Positions 12,811-24,290 of a stretch of 64,000 nt of DNA are shown one piece after another. The DNA comes from Spongospora subterranea f. sp. subterranea (taxonomy: Eukaryota), in assembly GCA_049724395.1 (NCBI GenBank), contig JAUGWO010000060.1, positions 1-64,000 of the forward strand. Reading direction: 5' to 3'. Made by a program: the position numbers and the translations under genes. Below the pieces are notes generated by a model. That model was not told the DNA's origin. It saw only the letters and a list, made by a program, of their open reading frames with translations, and did no database searches. Position 1 is the stretch's first letter, and every line of letters begins with the position of its first letter.

Positions 12811-13814
12811 GACTCATCATTAAACCCTCCTGAAGAAGTTAGCGAAGAATCAGGAGAATCACAGCCTCATAGAAGCACAGAATATGAGATCGAGCTCGAC
12901 GATTGCAAAAGAGCCGAACAAGAAGATGACGAACCAACTCGAATGGAGAACCAAATTGGCCGACGGTCGAGCTTGGTTCTGGTCTGTCCAGGCTGTGTGG
13001 CAGGTTAGCACCAAGTCAGTGTGAGACTTGAGTTCGAAAACCCCGTGGGCAGGGATTTTGAGGAATACCCTAAGGTTGGCCAGCTAATACGGAAGTAGAG
13101 CGCAGGTTGTTGAGCATGCGAGGAACGAACCTCTTGAAAAATAGACAGCTGATTTGTAATGATGCGACTTGGGTTCAAGCCATGTGGTGTTCCGTACAGG
13201 GAATTTCCCCCGTGTCCAACCAATAGTTAGGGGGTTTTAGTGAGTCGGGTCATGGGATCAACCTCACACTATCACAATGCGGGAAATCTTTCTGTTGTAT
13301 TGGCGGTTAGACTGGATTCTGTCCGCCAGTACCCTATGTGACGAGACTGGCGGATGGAAAGGACTCTGTCCACCGGTAGGGTGCACTGTACTAGTTGTCA
13401 GGTTGCGCTCCTCTATGGTCAGTTGGTCACCCTCACTAGACGACGGAGTTAAATCAACTGTAAAAATAAAATGTTCGGATTCTTGCGGAATCTCGTCCCA
13501 AATTGTCGATTGTCCCGGAGACTTTACCAGTCTATGACGCAGCTGTGTCCCAGAAGCTCCACCCCGCACATGACGCAGAACAGGCGTCGCTTGTGCAGCC
13601 GATCCCTGATACCCCTTGTTCCGCAAACGCGCCGCATCTCACGAAACCCTTAAACGCCGTTCTGGCAATTGCACCCTTTATCGGTAACTGGTCTGCGGTT
13701 ACATAACCTTTCCAAGAGATGGCAAGGGAAAACGGCACCATGATCTAGTTTGACACGAAAAATCGTTTTTTATTAAATTATGGGGTCAGCAATTCCGCTA
13801 CTGCAGCACTCCAA

Positions 13815-14483
13815 TTGATGAACACGAAGGTGTATGGGACGTTGTTTCTAATGAAGACGATGGATGTCATCCCGTTACGTTCGTGTCCTGACTTTGCGTG
13901 TTGTCGAATCCCATGTCGACACATTGCTGCCGTATGCTCTGCCATGGATGTAAAGTATCTGACTCCCCGATGGCGTCTTGATCAACACCCGTTATGGCAA
14001 ATTGCATACTGCCGCGTCAACCCGAACATATCGCCTCTGACTAACGCCATCTTCAATGTAGGCACGTCGGCAGTTATGCCGTCTGTCTACGATGACGCAT
14101 ATGCCCAAATCACAGTGCCCGAGGTGAACTTCCATTACCGCCATTTAATGCAAGCCGCCAAGGAAGTCGTTCAAGTCGAGCAGACCAGTGTCGCTGCATT
14201 CAAACGGACAATTATGGCCTTCAACGCTCTATGGATCGACTCGAAAGAACCAGTGCCAGTCGAATCATCTATCGAAGCGGTGCCGTCTGATTTTGCCAGT
14301 ATTCGAGCGCCGATTGCCGAAAGTGTCAAGAAGCGCGGACGGCGATCGAACGACGAACTCGTAAATCGATCAGCTCCACAAACTCGGCATTCAACCAAGA
14401 AGGCAAGACACTGCAAACCTGTAAAGAGCACGGATTGGCCGCCAAGGATCACCGTTCAGGTGGCCGGTGTCCTTTTTGGGTAA
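13815..14483 (+). pseudogene. MULE transposase remnant (SWIM zinc finger and C-terminus; no DDE domain seen)
   Basis: CPDFACCRIPCRHIAAVC...YLTPRW SWIM-type motif, basic KKRGRR, frameshifted C-terminal Cys/His knuckle. Confidence 0.75.
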
Positions 14484-14538
14484 AACCGGTGCAGCAATTG
14501 ATTAAGACCGCACACATTGTGGAAGTCGTCGCAGACTG

Positions 14539-14765
14539 TGTGGAAAGTTGATGTTGCTCAAACGGATGCAATAGCTGAATGAATTTATTATTGTGGCGAA
14601 ATTGCTTATATAGGTAGATACCTTGGGAAATGGCTATTTATAGCCCAATGCGTAAAGTCCGTACAGTCAGCTTTATGTCATGCTCTTGCCGTGGTTGCGC
14701 CCACAGGAGGTACGCACTTTCCTTGGAGAATGTCCGTACTTGTGGCAGGCAAGTTGTATTCAACA
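14539..14765 (-). repeat. 3' LTR of copia B copy 1 (227 bp)
   Basis: Differs from the 5' LTR by 1 substitution and a 2-bp indel (by eye). Confidence 0.95.
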
Positions 14766-16518
14766 CGCCCTCTCAACTTGCAGGTTGTGACTCCCATTGC
14801 GGTGCGGCACCATTTGAACTTGGGGGCGTTGATTGGTTTCGTCAGCGCATCAGCAATCATGGCTTCTGTCGGGCAGTATTCAACCTTGATGGTCCCTTGT
14901 TCGACTTGATCGCGACAGAAGTGGAAACGCAGATCGATGTGTTTCGTACGTTTGTCGGTGCGTGCGAGATGTGCGACGGGAGAGAATGTCTCGTTGAAGT
15001 CAATTCCCGGTCGTTGAGAGAAACCTTTGATAACGAGTCTTGCCTTGAATTTGTGCACGAATCCCTCGTCATCCGGTTTTACTTTAAATATGAAATTTGT
15101 TAGCGATGGCTTGTCTTCCAATTGGGAGTGGGCAGAGTTCCCAGATTTGGTTTTCTTGCAGGCTGGTGAATTCGGCGTTTGTTGCTTGAGTCCATTCTTC
15201 AGAAAACTCGTTTGCTGGATCTGTTGCCTCGCTGATTGACTTCGGCAGAGTGATCTGACATGCTTGCATCCTGTCACGTTGGACGATCAGAGCTGCTGCT
15301 GGTGGAACTTTCCACCATTCTCCAGGAGCATTCCGGACACGATCCGACCGTCGTCCATGCTCCATTCGAATTGGTTCGTCATCTTCTTGTTCGGCTCTTT
15401 TGCAATTGTCGTGCTCGATCTCATATTCCGTGCTTCCATGAGGCTGTGATTCTTCTGATTCTTCGCTAACTTCTTCAGGAGGGTTTGATGATGAGTCGCT
15501 TGATATCGCTGAGGATGGTTCAGAAGAGCTGGATGATTCCTGTAATGATGATGAGGAGTCAGTAAGGATTGTTCTCAAAGGGTTGGAAGTCGTTGTAGAT
15601 GGTCCATCAAAATCGAATGTGACTTCATTTCTGCGCTGAACAGGCTGTGTCCTTGAAAATGAATGCTCATGAAATGAGGCGTCTGTGAACCGGCTGCAGA
15701 CAATACGCTGCTCTTCCTCGTCCCAGAATTGATACCCCTTTTGATTTGTTGGGTATCCAATGAAGGTAACCTTGCGTCCTCGTGGTTGAAGTTTTCGATG
15801 AAGTTGGTTGGGCAGGTGATGGGTCTGACCACATGGCCATAATGAATGTGGATAGAGTGAGCTGCTTGCGTCGCAACCGAATGTTCGAAGATGTCGTAAG
15901 TCCGGTTTGGTCTTGTTCCAGGCTTCAAATGGGGATATACGCTGCGGCATGTCGTAAGCGGTTTGGCTTGTTCCAGGCTTCAAATGGGGATATGCGCTGC
16001 GGCAGTGCGCTGTGTGGACGTCGATTGATAATATAGACGGCTGCGGAAACGGCAGCAGTCCAAAACCTGGGTCCTAATTTTCCACTAAGGCGCATGCTCT
16101 CGGCACACTCGATTATCGTTCGGTTAAGTCTTTCGATCATGCCGTTTTGTTCCGATTGGTATGGGATGATTCTTCGATGGGCGATGCCGAGATCTGCGAG
16201 GAATGTTTGGCATTTCTTTGGATGTGTATTCTCCTCCACCGTCGCTTTGAAAGCTCTTCACAGAGAATCCCTGATCTTGAAAATGATTGTTGACCAGACG
16301 GATATGCTGCTTGATTGCTGATATGGCTTCCGACTTCCTTCGAATCAGGTACACAAATGAATATCGTGTGTGTTGGTCTAGAAATGAAATGTAGTATCTC
16401 GACTTGCCGTGAATTCCATCAACAGGAAATGGTCCAGAAATGTCACTGTGAATGATTTCCAGCGGCCTGGTGGTTGAGCTTTCAGAGGTTCGTTGGATGT
16501 TACCTCTTGGCATTTTTC

Positions 16519-17850
16519 CTAGCATGCAGCCGTCACAGGGAGAGATAGGTGAGGGTCTGCGTATCTTCGCTGGTTGCTTGATTCCGGTGACCGAATTTTC
16601 CAAGGCTGAGTTGAGGTCATGATCGTTGATGTGGCCAAGTCGATTGTGCCAAAGGTCGCGTGTTTCTGATACCATATTTGCCGCAGCAATACGTGGCTCT
16701 GCAGTGTAGTTGATAACTGGAGGCAGGGTGTACAGGTTGTCATGATCCTTCGGGATCTCCGCGATCTAAGGTTACCGCCGGAGTCCAGAATCTTGCATGT
16801 GTTGCGTCTGAATTCAAATTCTAAGCCATCCGACGTCGCTTGACCGATGGAGATGAGGTTTGCGGAGAGTCCGGGAACGAGCGATACTGGAGAGATGTTG
16901 ATAGTTCCGATGCAGGATTGGATTTTAGAGGTGCCGCTAGCCGTGGAGCGCAGTATGGCGTTGTTTGCCACCCTGATGGTTAGAGGATTGTATGCGGGCA
17001 AAATCTGCTCAAGCGTCGAGGAATCAGAGCACATGTGAGTCGAGCATGCGGAGTCGAGAATCCAGTTGGAACCAGAGATGTTTCGTGGGGGCTGAGTTGA
17101 AAGAGCTACGTGTTCGCTGCGGTTGAGGTAGTTGGAATGAAGCGTTTTATTTGCGGTGATCTTTGGTCGGAGCTCCGGGTGCTGATGCCAGCAGTGAGCG
17201 TCGTCATGTGCATTGCTGTTGTGATAGTTGCAACGATGTCGCCCTGAGATGCGTTTTGCGGTCGCCACGAAAGATGCGCCAGGTTCTCGCGCTCTATGCT
17301 CAATTTGAGCCTCAAAATTAATTAGGGATGCTGCCGTGGGTGCAAATTTGACTTCATTCTGAGAATCAAGAGTTACTGTAAATGCATCGAATGAGGATGG
17401 AAGTCCAGAGAGAAGGCGGTCCGTCATATCTTCGTCTGATAGTTCTTTCCCGATTGCTCGCAGCTTCCCCTGGATGGCTTGAATCGTTGCAATATAGGTG
17501 GCAACAGACGACTCTCCCTTGGTGCAAGACCAGAATTCTGCGATTAACCTAGTCCTGGTGGAACGAGACTTCTTTTGGTATAGTTGTTCAAGGAGCTTCC
17601 AAGCCTTATGTGCAGTCGGTTCCTTCATGATTGAGCTTACAATTAGATCATGGAGGCAGCAACAGATGATCGACTTCGCCTTCTTGTCGTTGCGCAGTTC
17701 TTCAGTGGTGGCAGGGAGAGCTGGGTCCTGGTCGATATAAACTTCAAGATCCTTCGTTGACAGGTACATGATGACCTTTTGTTGCCACAGCTGGAAGTCA
17801 TCAGTGTCCGCGCCAGTGAATTTAGTGATTGATTGCAGGATCTCTTTCAT
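16519..17850 (-). CDS. Copia B gag-protease ORF (frameshifted before integrase)
   Basis: KFTGADTDDFQLWQ gag start, LLSGLPSSF, CNYHNSNAHDDAHC knuckle, WILDSACSTHM protease. Confidence 0.85.
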   Translation of the reverse strand: MKEILQSITKFTGADTDDFQLWQQKVIMYLSTKDLEVYIDQDPALPATTEELRNDKKAKSIICCCLHDLIVSSIMKEPTAHKAWKLLEQLYQKKSRSTRTRLIAEFWSCTKGESSVATYIATIQAIQGKLRAIGKELSDEDMTDRLLSGLPSSFDAFTVTLDSQNEVKFAPTAASLINFEAQIEHRAREPGASFVATAKRISGRHRCNYHNSNAHDDAHCWHQHPELRPKITANKTLHSNYLNRSEHVALSTQPPRNISGSNWILDSACSTHMCSDSSTLEQILPAYNPLTIRVANNAILRSTASGTSKIQSCIGTINISPVSLVPGLSANLISIGQATSDGLEFEFRRNTCKILDSGGNLRSRRSRRIMTTCTPCLQLSTTLQSHVLLRQIWYQKHATFGTIDLATSTIMTSTQPWKIRSPESSNQRRYADPHLSLPVTAAC

Positions 17851-18432
17851 CTGGTAGAACGGGCGTAGCCTGGTAGATTGGGCGTGACTTCGAAGAATGA
17901 ACGCGGCCTCGTAGAATGGGGGTGACTTCGTAATGTGGGCGTGACCAGGTAGAATGGGCGTGACCTCGTTGAGTTGGCGCGGCCTCGTTGAGTGGGTGCG
18001 GCTTCGTTGAGTGGGCGCGGCCTCGTTGAGTGGGCGTGGCCTCGTTGAGTGGGTGCGGCTTCGTTGAGTGGGCGCGGCCTCCTTGAGTGTGGCCTCGTTG
18101 AGTGGGCGTGGCCTCGTTGAGTGGGCGTGGCCTCGTTGAGTGGGCGTGACCTCGTTGAGTGGGCGTGACCTCGTTGAGTGAGCGTGACCTCGTTGAGTGG
18201 GCGTGACCTCGTTGAGTGGGCTGACCTCGTTGAGTGGGCGTGACCTCGTTGAGTGGGCGTGACCTCGTTGAGTGGGCGTGACCTCGTTGAGTGGGCGTGA
18301 CCTCGTGGAGTGAGCGTGACCTCGTTGAGTGGGCGTGACCTTGTTGAGTGAGCGCGGCCTCGTTGAGTGGGCGTGACCTCGTTGAGTGGGCGTGGCCTCG
18401 TAGTGTGGGCGTGGCCTCGTAGGATGGGCGTA
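17851..18432. repeat. 19-bp tandem array (GTGGGCGTGACCTCGTTGA, ~30 units) forming the copia B 5' leader
   Basis: Period of 19 visible; degenerate at both edges; lies between the PBS and the gag ATG. Confidence 0.95.
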
Positions 18433-18459
18433 ACCGGTCAGCGGCTTCGACTGTTAATC
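18427..18459 (-). promoter_or_regulatory. Primer-binding site complementary to the 5' half of tRNA-Asn(GUU)
   Basis: Abuts the 5' LTR; the + strand reads GGCGTAACCGGTCAGCGGCTTCGACTGTTAATC, resembling a D-arm plus the anticodon arm TTCGA-CTGTTAA-TC. Confidence 0.75.
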
Positions 18460-18688
18460 TGTGGAAAGTTGATGTTGCTCAAACGGATGCAATAGCTGAA
18501 TGAATTTATTATTGTGGCGTAATTGCTTATATAGGTAGATATACCTTGGGAAATGGCTATTTATAGCCCAATGCGTAAAGTCCGTACAGTCAGCTTTATG
18601 TCATGCTCTTGCCGTGGTTGCGCCCACAGGAGGTACGCACTTTCCTTGGAGAATGTCCGTACTTGTGGCAGGCAAGTTGTATTCAACA
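18460..18688 (-). repeat. 5' LTR of copia B copy 1 (229 bp)
   Basis: Near-identical direct repeat of 14539-14765. Confidence 0.95.
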
Positions 18689-21059
18689 GACTGTTCATCC
18701 GATGACACCTGCTCAGAATCGAACAATATTCCACTGATACAGCGCTTTGCTGACTGAGGTTCCACGAACCAAAGCAGATCGCAGTTCTGACGAGGACATT
18801 ATTGTCTTCATGGCTGCGAATGCATTGTTACACAATGAATAAATACATTTTACAAATCAAACATTCAATTTCTCTGTGCAAATCGTTTTTCTTAATGCGG
18901 AAGGTGCAGTGTCAGGGCCAATTATTTACATTTAATGTGTACTGCATCGCATTTGCCGCCATGAAGTCAATGATATTCTCGTCTGAGCTGCAATACCTCC
19001 GGCAGAATGCGCTGTATCAATGGACTATTGTTCTTTTACATAGTGGAACAACTGTGCGCAACCTTGCTACAGTGCACCCTACTGGCGGACAGAATCCTTT
19101 CCATCCGCCAGTCTCGTCACATAGGGTACTGGCGGACAGAAAGATTTCCCGATCACAATGTCGGTCAGACTGCAGAACATTCAGCGAAGGTAATATTGTC
19201 TAGCGAATGAGCTTTGACAACACAATCACAAAAAAAAAAGGACGACGGTCGGATCATGTCCGAAATGCTCCTGGAGAATGGTGGAAAGTCCCACCAGCAG
19301 CAGCTCTGATCGTCCAACGTGACAGGATGCAAGCATGCCAGATCACTGTGCCGAAGTCAATCAGCGAGGCAACAGATCCAGCAAACGAGTTTTCTGAAGA
19401 ATGGACTCAAGCAGCAAACGCCGAATTCACCAGCCTGCAAGAAAACCAAACCTGGGAACTCTGCCCACTCCCAATTGAAAGACAAGCCATCGCTAACAAA
19501 TGGATATTTAAAGTAAACCGGATGACGAGGGATTCGTGCACAAATTCAAGGCAAGACTCGTTATTAAAGGTTTCTCTCAACGACCGGGAAATGACTTCAA
19601 CGAGACCTTCTCTCCCGTCGCACATCTCGCATCAGTTCGAATATATTCGCGCTTGTCGCATCCCTGAACCTGACACTGAGACAGCTCGACGTGGTTGGGG
19701 CTTTTCTACAAGCAGAACTTCCAGAAGAGATCTATATGGCCCAACCGGAAGGTCTTATCTCTGAGGATCCCAAATTAGTGTGCCGACTCAAGAAAGCCTT
19801 TACGGACTCAAGCAGGCCGGACTAGTTTGGAAAGAAACAATCAACCGCTTCATCACTGAAACACTTCACTTCAAACGTCTCAACTCGGATGCCTGCGTGT
19901 ACGTCAAGAGATCCAAAAATGACATTGTTATCATGTCACTCTCCACAGACGACCTACTAGTGGCTCATAACTGTCCGTCACTGATAGAGAACATCGTTTC
20001 TCAGCTCTCCACACGTTTTCCAATGACGGATCTAGGTAACCCAAAGCGCTTACTATGGGATGAGGATCACACGTAGTGATGACGGTATCTTACTTGACCA
20101 AGAGGCCTACATCTTGGAGCAATTATCAAAGTTCAACATGATGGACTGCAAGGACGCAGACACTCCTGAACAATCAGGACTCTACCTGGAGAAGAACATG
20201 TGTGCAGCAACCGCCGAAGAGAAGCAAGAAATGCAAGAAACCCCCTATCGTGAACTAGTTGGAGCTCTTAACTGGATCGCAACGTGCACCAGACCGAATA
20301 TGTCACCTTCAGTGTCCTTACTCTGTCGGTTCCTTGACAACCCAGGTCGCCAACATTGGACATCTGCGAAGCGTGTTCTCAAGTATCTCAAGGGAAACAG
20401 CAACTCTGGACTATTCTTCAAAGCCCATCAGCCGCCACATCTGTCCTCCTACTCGGACAGCGACTGGGCCGGAGACAAAGATTTAAGAAAATCCACTACC
20501 GGATACACCCTCATGATGTCAGGATGCACGGTGGCCTGGAAAAGCTCCCTACAAAAGATTGTTGCATGCTCCTCAACCGAGGCAGAATATATCGCCCTTT
20601 CAGAGACAATGCGGGAAGTGATATGGATCTGATCGATTCTTGGAGAACTTGGCTTTATTCAAAGCAAGGCTACTAAAGTGATGGAAGACAACCAAGGCTG
20701 CATAGTAATTTCGAAAAACAGACGCACCGACAAACGTACGAAGCACATCGATCTGCGTTTCCACTTCTGTCGCGATCAAGTCGAACAAGGGACCATCAAG
20801 GTTGAATACTGCCCGACAGAAGCCATGATTGCTGATGCGCTGATGAAGCCAATCAACGCCCCCAAGTTCAAATGGTGCCGCACCGCAATGGGAGTCACAG
20901 CCTGCAAGTTGAGAGGGCGTGTTGAATACAACTTGCTTGCCTCAAGTACGGACATTCTCCAAAAAAAGTGCGTACCCCCAGTCGGCGCAACCACGGCAAG
21001 AGCATGACATAAAGCTGACTGTACGGACTTTACGCATTGGGCTATAGGTAGACCAGATC

Positions 21060-24000
21060 GAATCGCTTACGAGTTTTGTATGTCATTTCCCGTGCTCATC
21101 ATCCTCTGATAATTGGTATGTCATGGCTTGACCAGCAGAACCCACAGATCGATTTGCGAGCTCACATCATCACTCCATGCCACCTCGATAATACTGTACT
21201 CAAGCCTTTACTGATTCGCCAGGCCAAAAAAACCTATTTGCGACGTACTTAAGCTCCAAGGCGAATGTCGCTTTCTTCCTTAAAAGTATGCCAGTTTTAT
21301 GTTTTTTGTTTTTTTTTTGTGATTGAGTTCGGCATTTTGGTGCCAGGTTTGTAGAACCCGTATCTACTAAAGGGCCAAGACGAATCTTGGTGTCAAAGCT
21401 CAAATGCCAGACATAAGTACCTTCGCTGAATGTTCTGCAGTCTGACCGACATTGTGATAGTGTGAGGTTGCTCCCTTGATCCGACTCACTAAAACCCCCC
21501 ACCCATTGGGACCCGGGGGAAATTCCCTGTACGGAACACCACAATGCCTTGAACCCAAGTCGCATCATTACAAATCAGCTGTCTATTTTTCCTGAGGTTC
21601 GTTCCTCCCATGCTCAAACCTGAGCTCTACTTCCGTATTAGCTGGCCAACCTCAGGGATTCCCCAAAATCCCAGCCCACGGGGTTTTTGAACTCAGTATT
21701 TTGCACTGACCTGGTCCTACCTGCACCAACCGGGACAGACAGGAACCAAGCCTTATGCCAGTTTTAGTGACGTCTTCCAAACGATAAACGCTGACCAACT
21801 GCCCTCACATCGCGCATACGATTGCGCTATCAACTCAAGGAGAAGATCGGACCACTGCCATACAAGGTTTACAACCTCGGCCAGGTCGAACAACAAGTTT
21901 TGCGACAATTCATTGAGGACAACCTCAAGAAAGGATTCATTGGCCACTCCAAATTACATTCACCGTTACGATCACCAATACTCTTTGTAAGAAGAAGGAC
22001 AACAGCCTCCGACTGTGCGTCGACTAACGAGAAGTCAACAGTTTAACGAAGAAGGAGCCCTATCCTATTACTGCTATCCAAAATATTCTGGCCCAAGTGT
22101 CGTCTGCCAAAATCTTCACAAAGATCGATCTACGAGGTGCCTACAATCTCGTCCGAATCAAGGACAGCGATGAATGGAAGACTGCATAGTGTTGCAAATA
22201 TGGAAATTTCGAGTATACGGTAATGGCCGTTTGGGTTAATGAACGCTCCCGGTTATTTTGAGAGGTTTATGAACGACGTCCTCCGTGAATACCTCGACAA
22301 ATTTGTGGTTGTTTTCCTCGACAACATCTTGATCTACTCGGAGAGCGCGCTGCAGCACGACGTTCGATTAATACTTACTTTGCAAAACCCGAAAAATGCG
22401 TGTTCGACTATCAGGAAGTCGAATTCCTTCGGGTATTTGGTCACCGGCAACAGCATCAAGATGGACTCAACTAAGGTGGAGACTAGACTATCCTCGACTG
22501 GGCGACACCATCAACAGCCAAGGAGGTCCAAAGTTTCCTAGGTTTTGCTAAATTCTACAGGGACTTCATCGTAGACTTCGCCAGAATATCTTCACCGTTG
22601 ACGGCGTGACGAAAAAACCAACCATTTGATTGGTCGGCTGCGACCGAGTCCGCGTATGAAATACTTCGACGCTGGGCGCCATTCTCTCACAGCCACAACC
22701 CGATGGTCAATTGCATCCAATCGCATTCTACTCAAGGAAGTTGGCGGCGCCGGAATTGAATTGTGACGTCCACGACAAAGCGTTGCTGGCAATCGTTACC
22801 TCTTTTCACGTGTGGAGGCACTTCCTTGATGGCGCACAGCACGAGAATGCGGTATACAGCGATCATAAGAACTTGATTTACTTTACGTCATCCAAAACTC
22901 TCAATCGTCGCTAAGCACATTGGTCAGTGCGACTCGCGAAATATCACTTCGTCATTGTGCATCGACGGGGTAGATTATCTGGAAAATTCGTCGCGCTGTC
23001 GCGACGCCCATAATACGAGATTAAACCACCGGACCCTTCTGAAAGTTTCAAAGCACATCGATACTGCGCCCTGACCAACTATTGCCTCGACCCGATCATC
23101 AAGTTCCAGCCCCTGAAAGCTGTGTGCCGAGAGGATTACCCTTCCGCAACCAATGTTGGAGTGCATCAGAACTAACCAGAAATCGGACGCATTCGTTCAA
23201 GACATCATTTCGAGATTGCCCATGGACGGATTTCGACTGCGCGACGATGCCTTCATGAGGAACAAGCACTCGTCGTGGCGGTAAGAGGACTGTAAACTCG
23301 ACATTCTCAGATTTCGACGCTCCTGTAAGCGACCACTTCGGGGTCTCCCTTTTGCATAGATTAAACCTTGCAATGCTTATCGTTTTGCAATTTCGTCAGA
23401 AGATATATCGCCTGGCGTTGTTCGTTGCGTCAATACTCCATGTTTGCTTTCTTGAACATCTCCCCCATCAGTTTAAAAAACCGACAACCATTATTTGAGC
23501 TGTGGGCGGCGGAAAATCGGGAACGGTCATGCAAAACCGCACCTTTTGACTCGTTAAAACTGTTGGAATCCAAATATAGATAGTTTACTGAAAAGCTCTC
23601 AGTGAGCGCTCTCTATTGAGCTGTACCGTAATGGCGCCATGCCCAAAATCTCGGCTCAATCCCTCGGAGTGTGTCGTACTGACCAGACTTTATAAGACGG
23701 AAGAAGTATGCGAATTCGTGCGATGTTTGTGGCCGAGCCAAGTCCACTTGTCATCGACCACGCGGGATCCTCTACCCATTGCCGATTGCCGACGATATTT
23801 GGCGCTCTATCACCATGAATTTCATCGTCAAGCTGCCAAAGTCTAGAGGTTTCGATTCAATTCGAGTCGTAGTGGATCGATTGTCCAAGATGAGTCTTTT
23901 AATCCCTTGTAAAGAATTCCTTGTAAAGAATCGCTCACTGCTGCAGGACTCGTCGACTTGCTAGAGTGAACCAGATCCTGGAACAGTACATACGTTGCTC

Positions 24001-24290
24001 TATCAATATCCAACAGGACGATTGGGCGGATTTATTACCCATGGCCGAGTTCGCCAACAATAATGCCGAACACTCGACGCTAAAACCCATTCCCAATTCG
24101 GCGATGCGACAACGTGTTCCGCTAGTACACACCCTTTGGCTGACGATTGCGCGAATCACATCAACAATGTGCGACAATTCCTTGAGGCACAGCTCCAATA
24201 CGCAGCTCGAGATATGAAGCATTGTGCAGACAAAAACGATTACCGCGCCCGGACTACGCTGTAGGCGATAAGGTTTGGTCAACGCTGCGA
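21060..24290 (+). mobile_element. Ty3/gypsy pol remnant (RT, RNase H, integrase), heavily degraded and interrupted
   Basis: [26 protein letters not shown]...[28 protein letters not shown] and QQDDWADLLPMAEFA in RT-RH-IN order. Confidence 0.9.
21300..21753 (-). mobile_element. SINE-like retroposon copy X2 (~454 bp)
   Basis: A-rich tail (T-run at 21302-21318 on +); 13-bp TSD TATGCCAGTTTTA at 21287-21299 and 21754-21766; same 5' end as X1. Confidence 0.85.

Larger units (their letters stand above)
14539..18688 (-). mobile_element. Copia family B copy 1: both LTRs, PBS, gag-PR-IN; most of RT and RNase H deleted
   Basis: LTRs TG...CA at 14539-14765 and 18460-18688; TSD GACTG at 14534-14538 and 18689-18693; PPT TTGAGAGGGCG; fusion FSPVAHLA|RTDKRTKHID. 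Confidence 0.96.
13280..19151 (+). mobile_element. Non-autonomous Mutator-like element (MULE) with ~100-130 bp TIRs and a 9-bp TSD
   Basis: CGGGAAATCTTTCTG...CAGAAAGATTTCCCG termini; TSD ATCACAATG at 13271-13279 and 19152-19160; single-copy empty site in the paralog at 21450-21458. Confidence 0.92.
12970..19239 (+). mobile_element. SINE-like retroposon copy X1 (12970-13279 plus 19161-19239), interrupted by the MULE
   Basis: A10 tail at 19230-19239; TSD GGCCGACGGTCG (12958-12969) / GGACGACGGTCG (19240-19251); homologous to 21300-21753. Confidence 0.8.
12811..21046 (+). mobile_element. Copia family B copy 2, split by nested insertions: 12811-12969 plus 19240-21046 (IN tail, RT, RNase H, PPT, truncated 3' LTR 20920-21046)
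   Basis: The two pieces rejoin to match the uninterrupted minus-strand copy (EQEDDEP.RME..GRRSD.VRNAPGEWWK); RT and RNase H motifs; LTR TGTTGAATAC at 20920. Confidence 0.9.

Noticed and set aside
17851..18432. Possible CRISPR array
   Set aside because: Units are contiguous with no unique spacers, there are no cas genes, and the context is a eukaryotic retrotransposon leader
19068..19151. TA-CAGTG looked like a Tc1/mariner end (also at 13384-13390)
   Set aside because: These are the inner parts of the MULE TIRs; the real termini are defined by the 9-bp TSD and the empty site
23348..23670. Insertion interrupting the gypsy integrase zinc finger
   Set aside because: No TIR, TSD or tail found, so it cannot be classified
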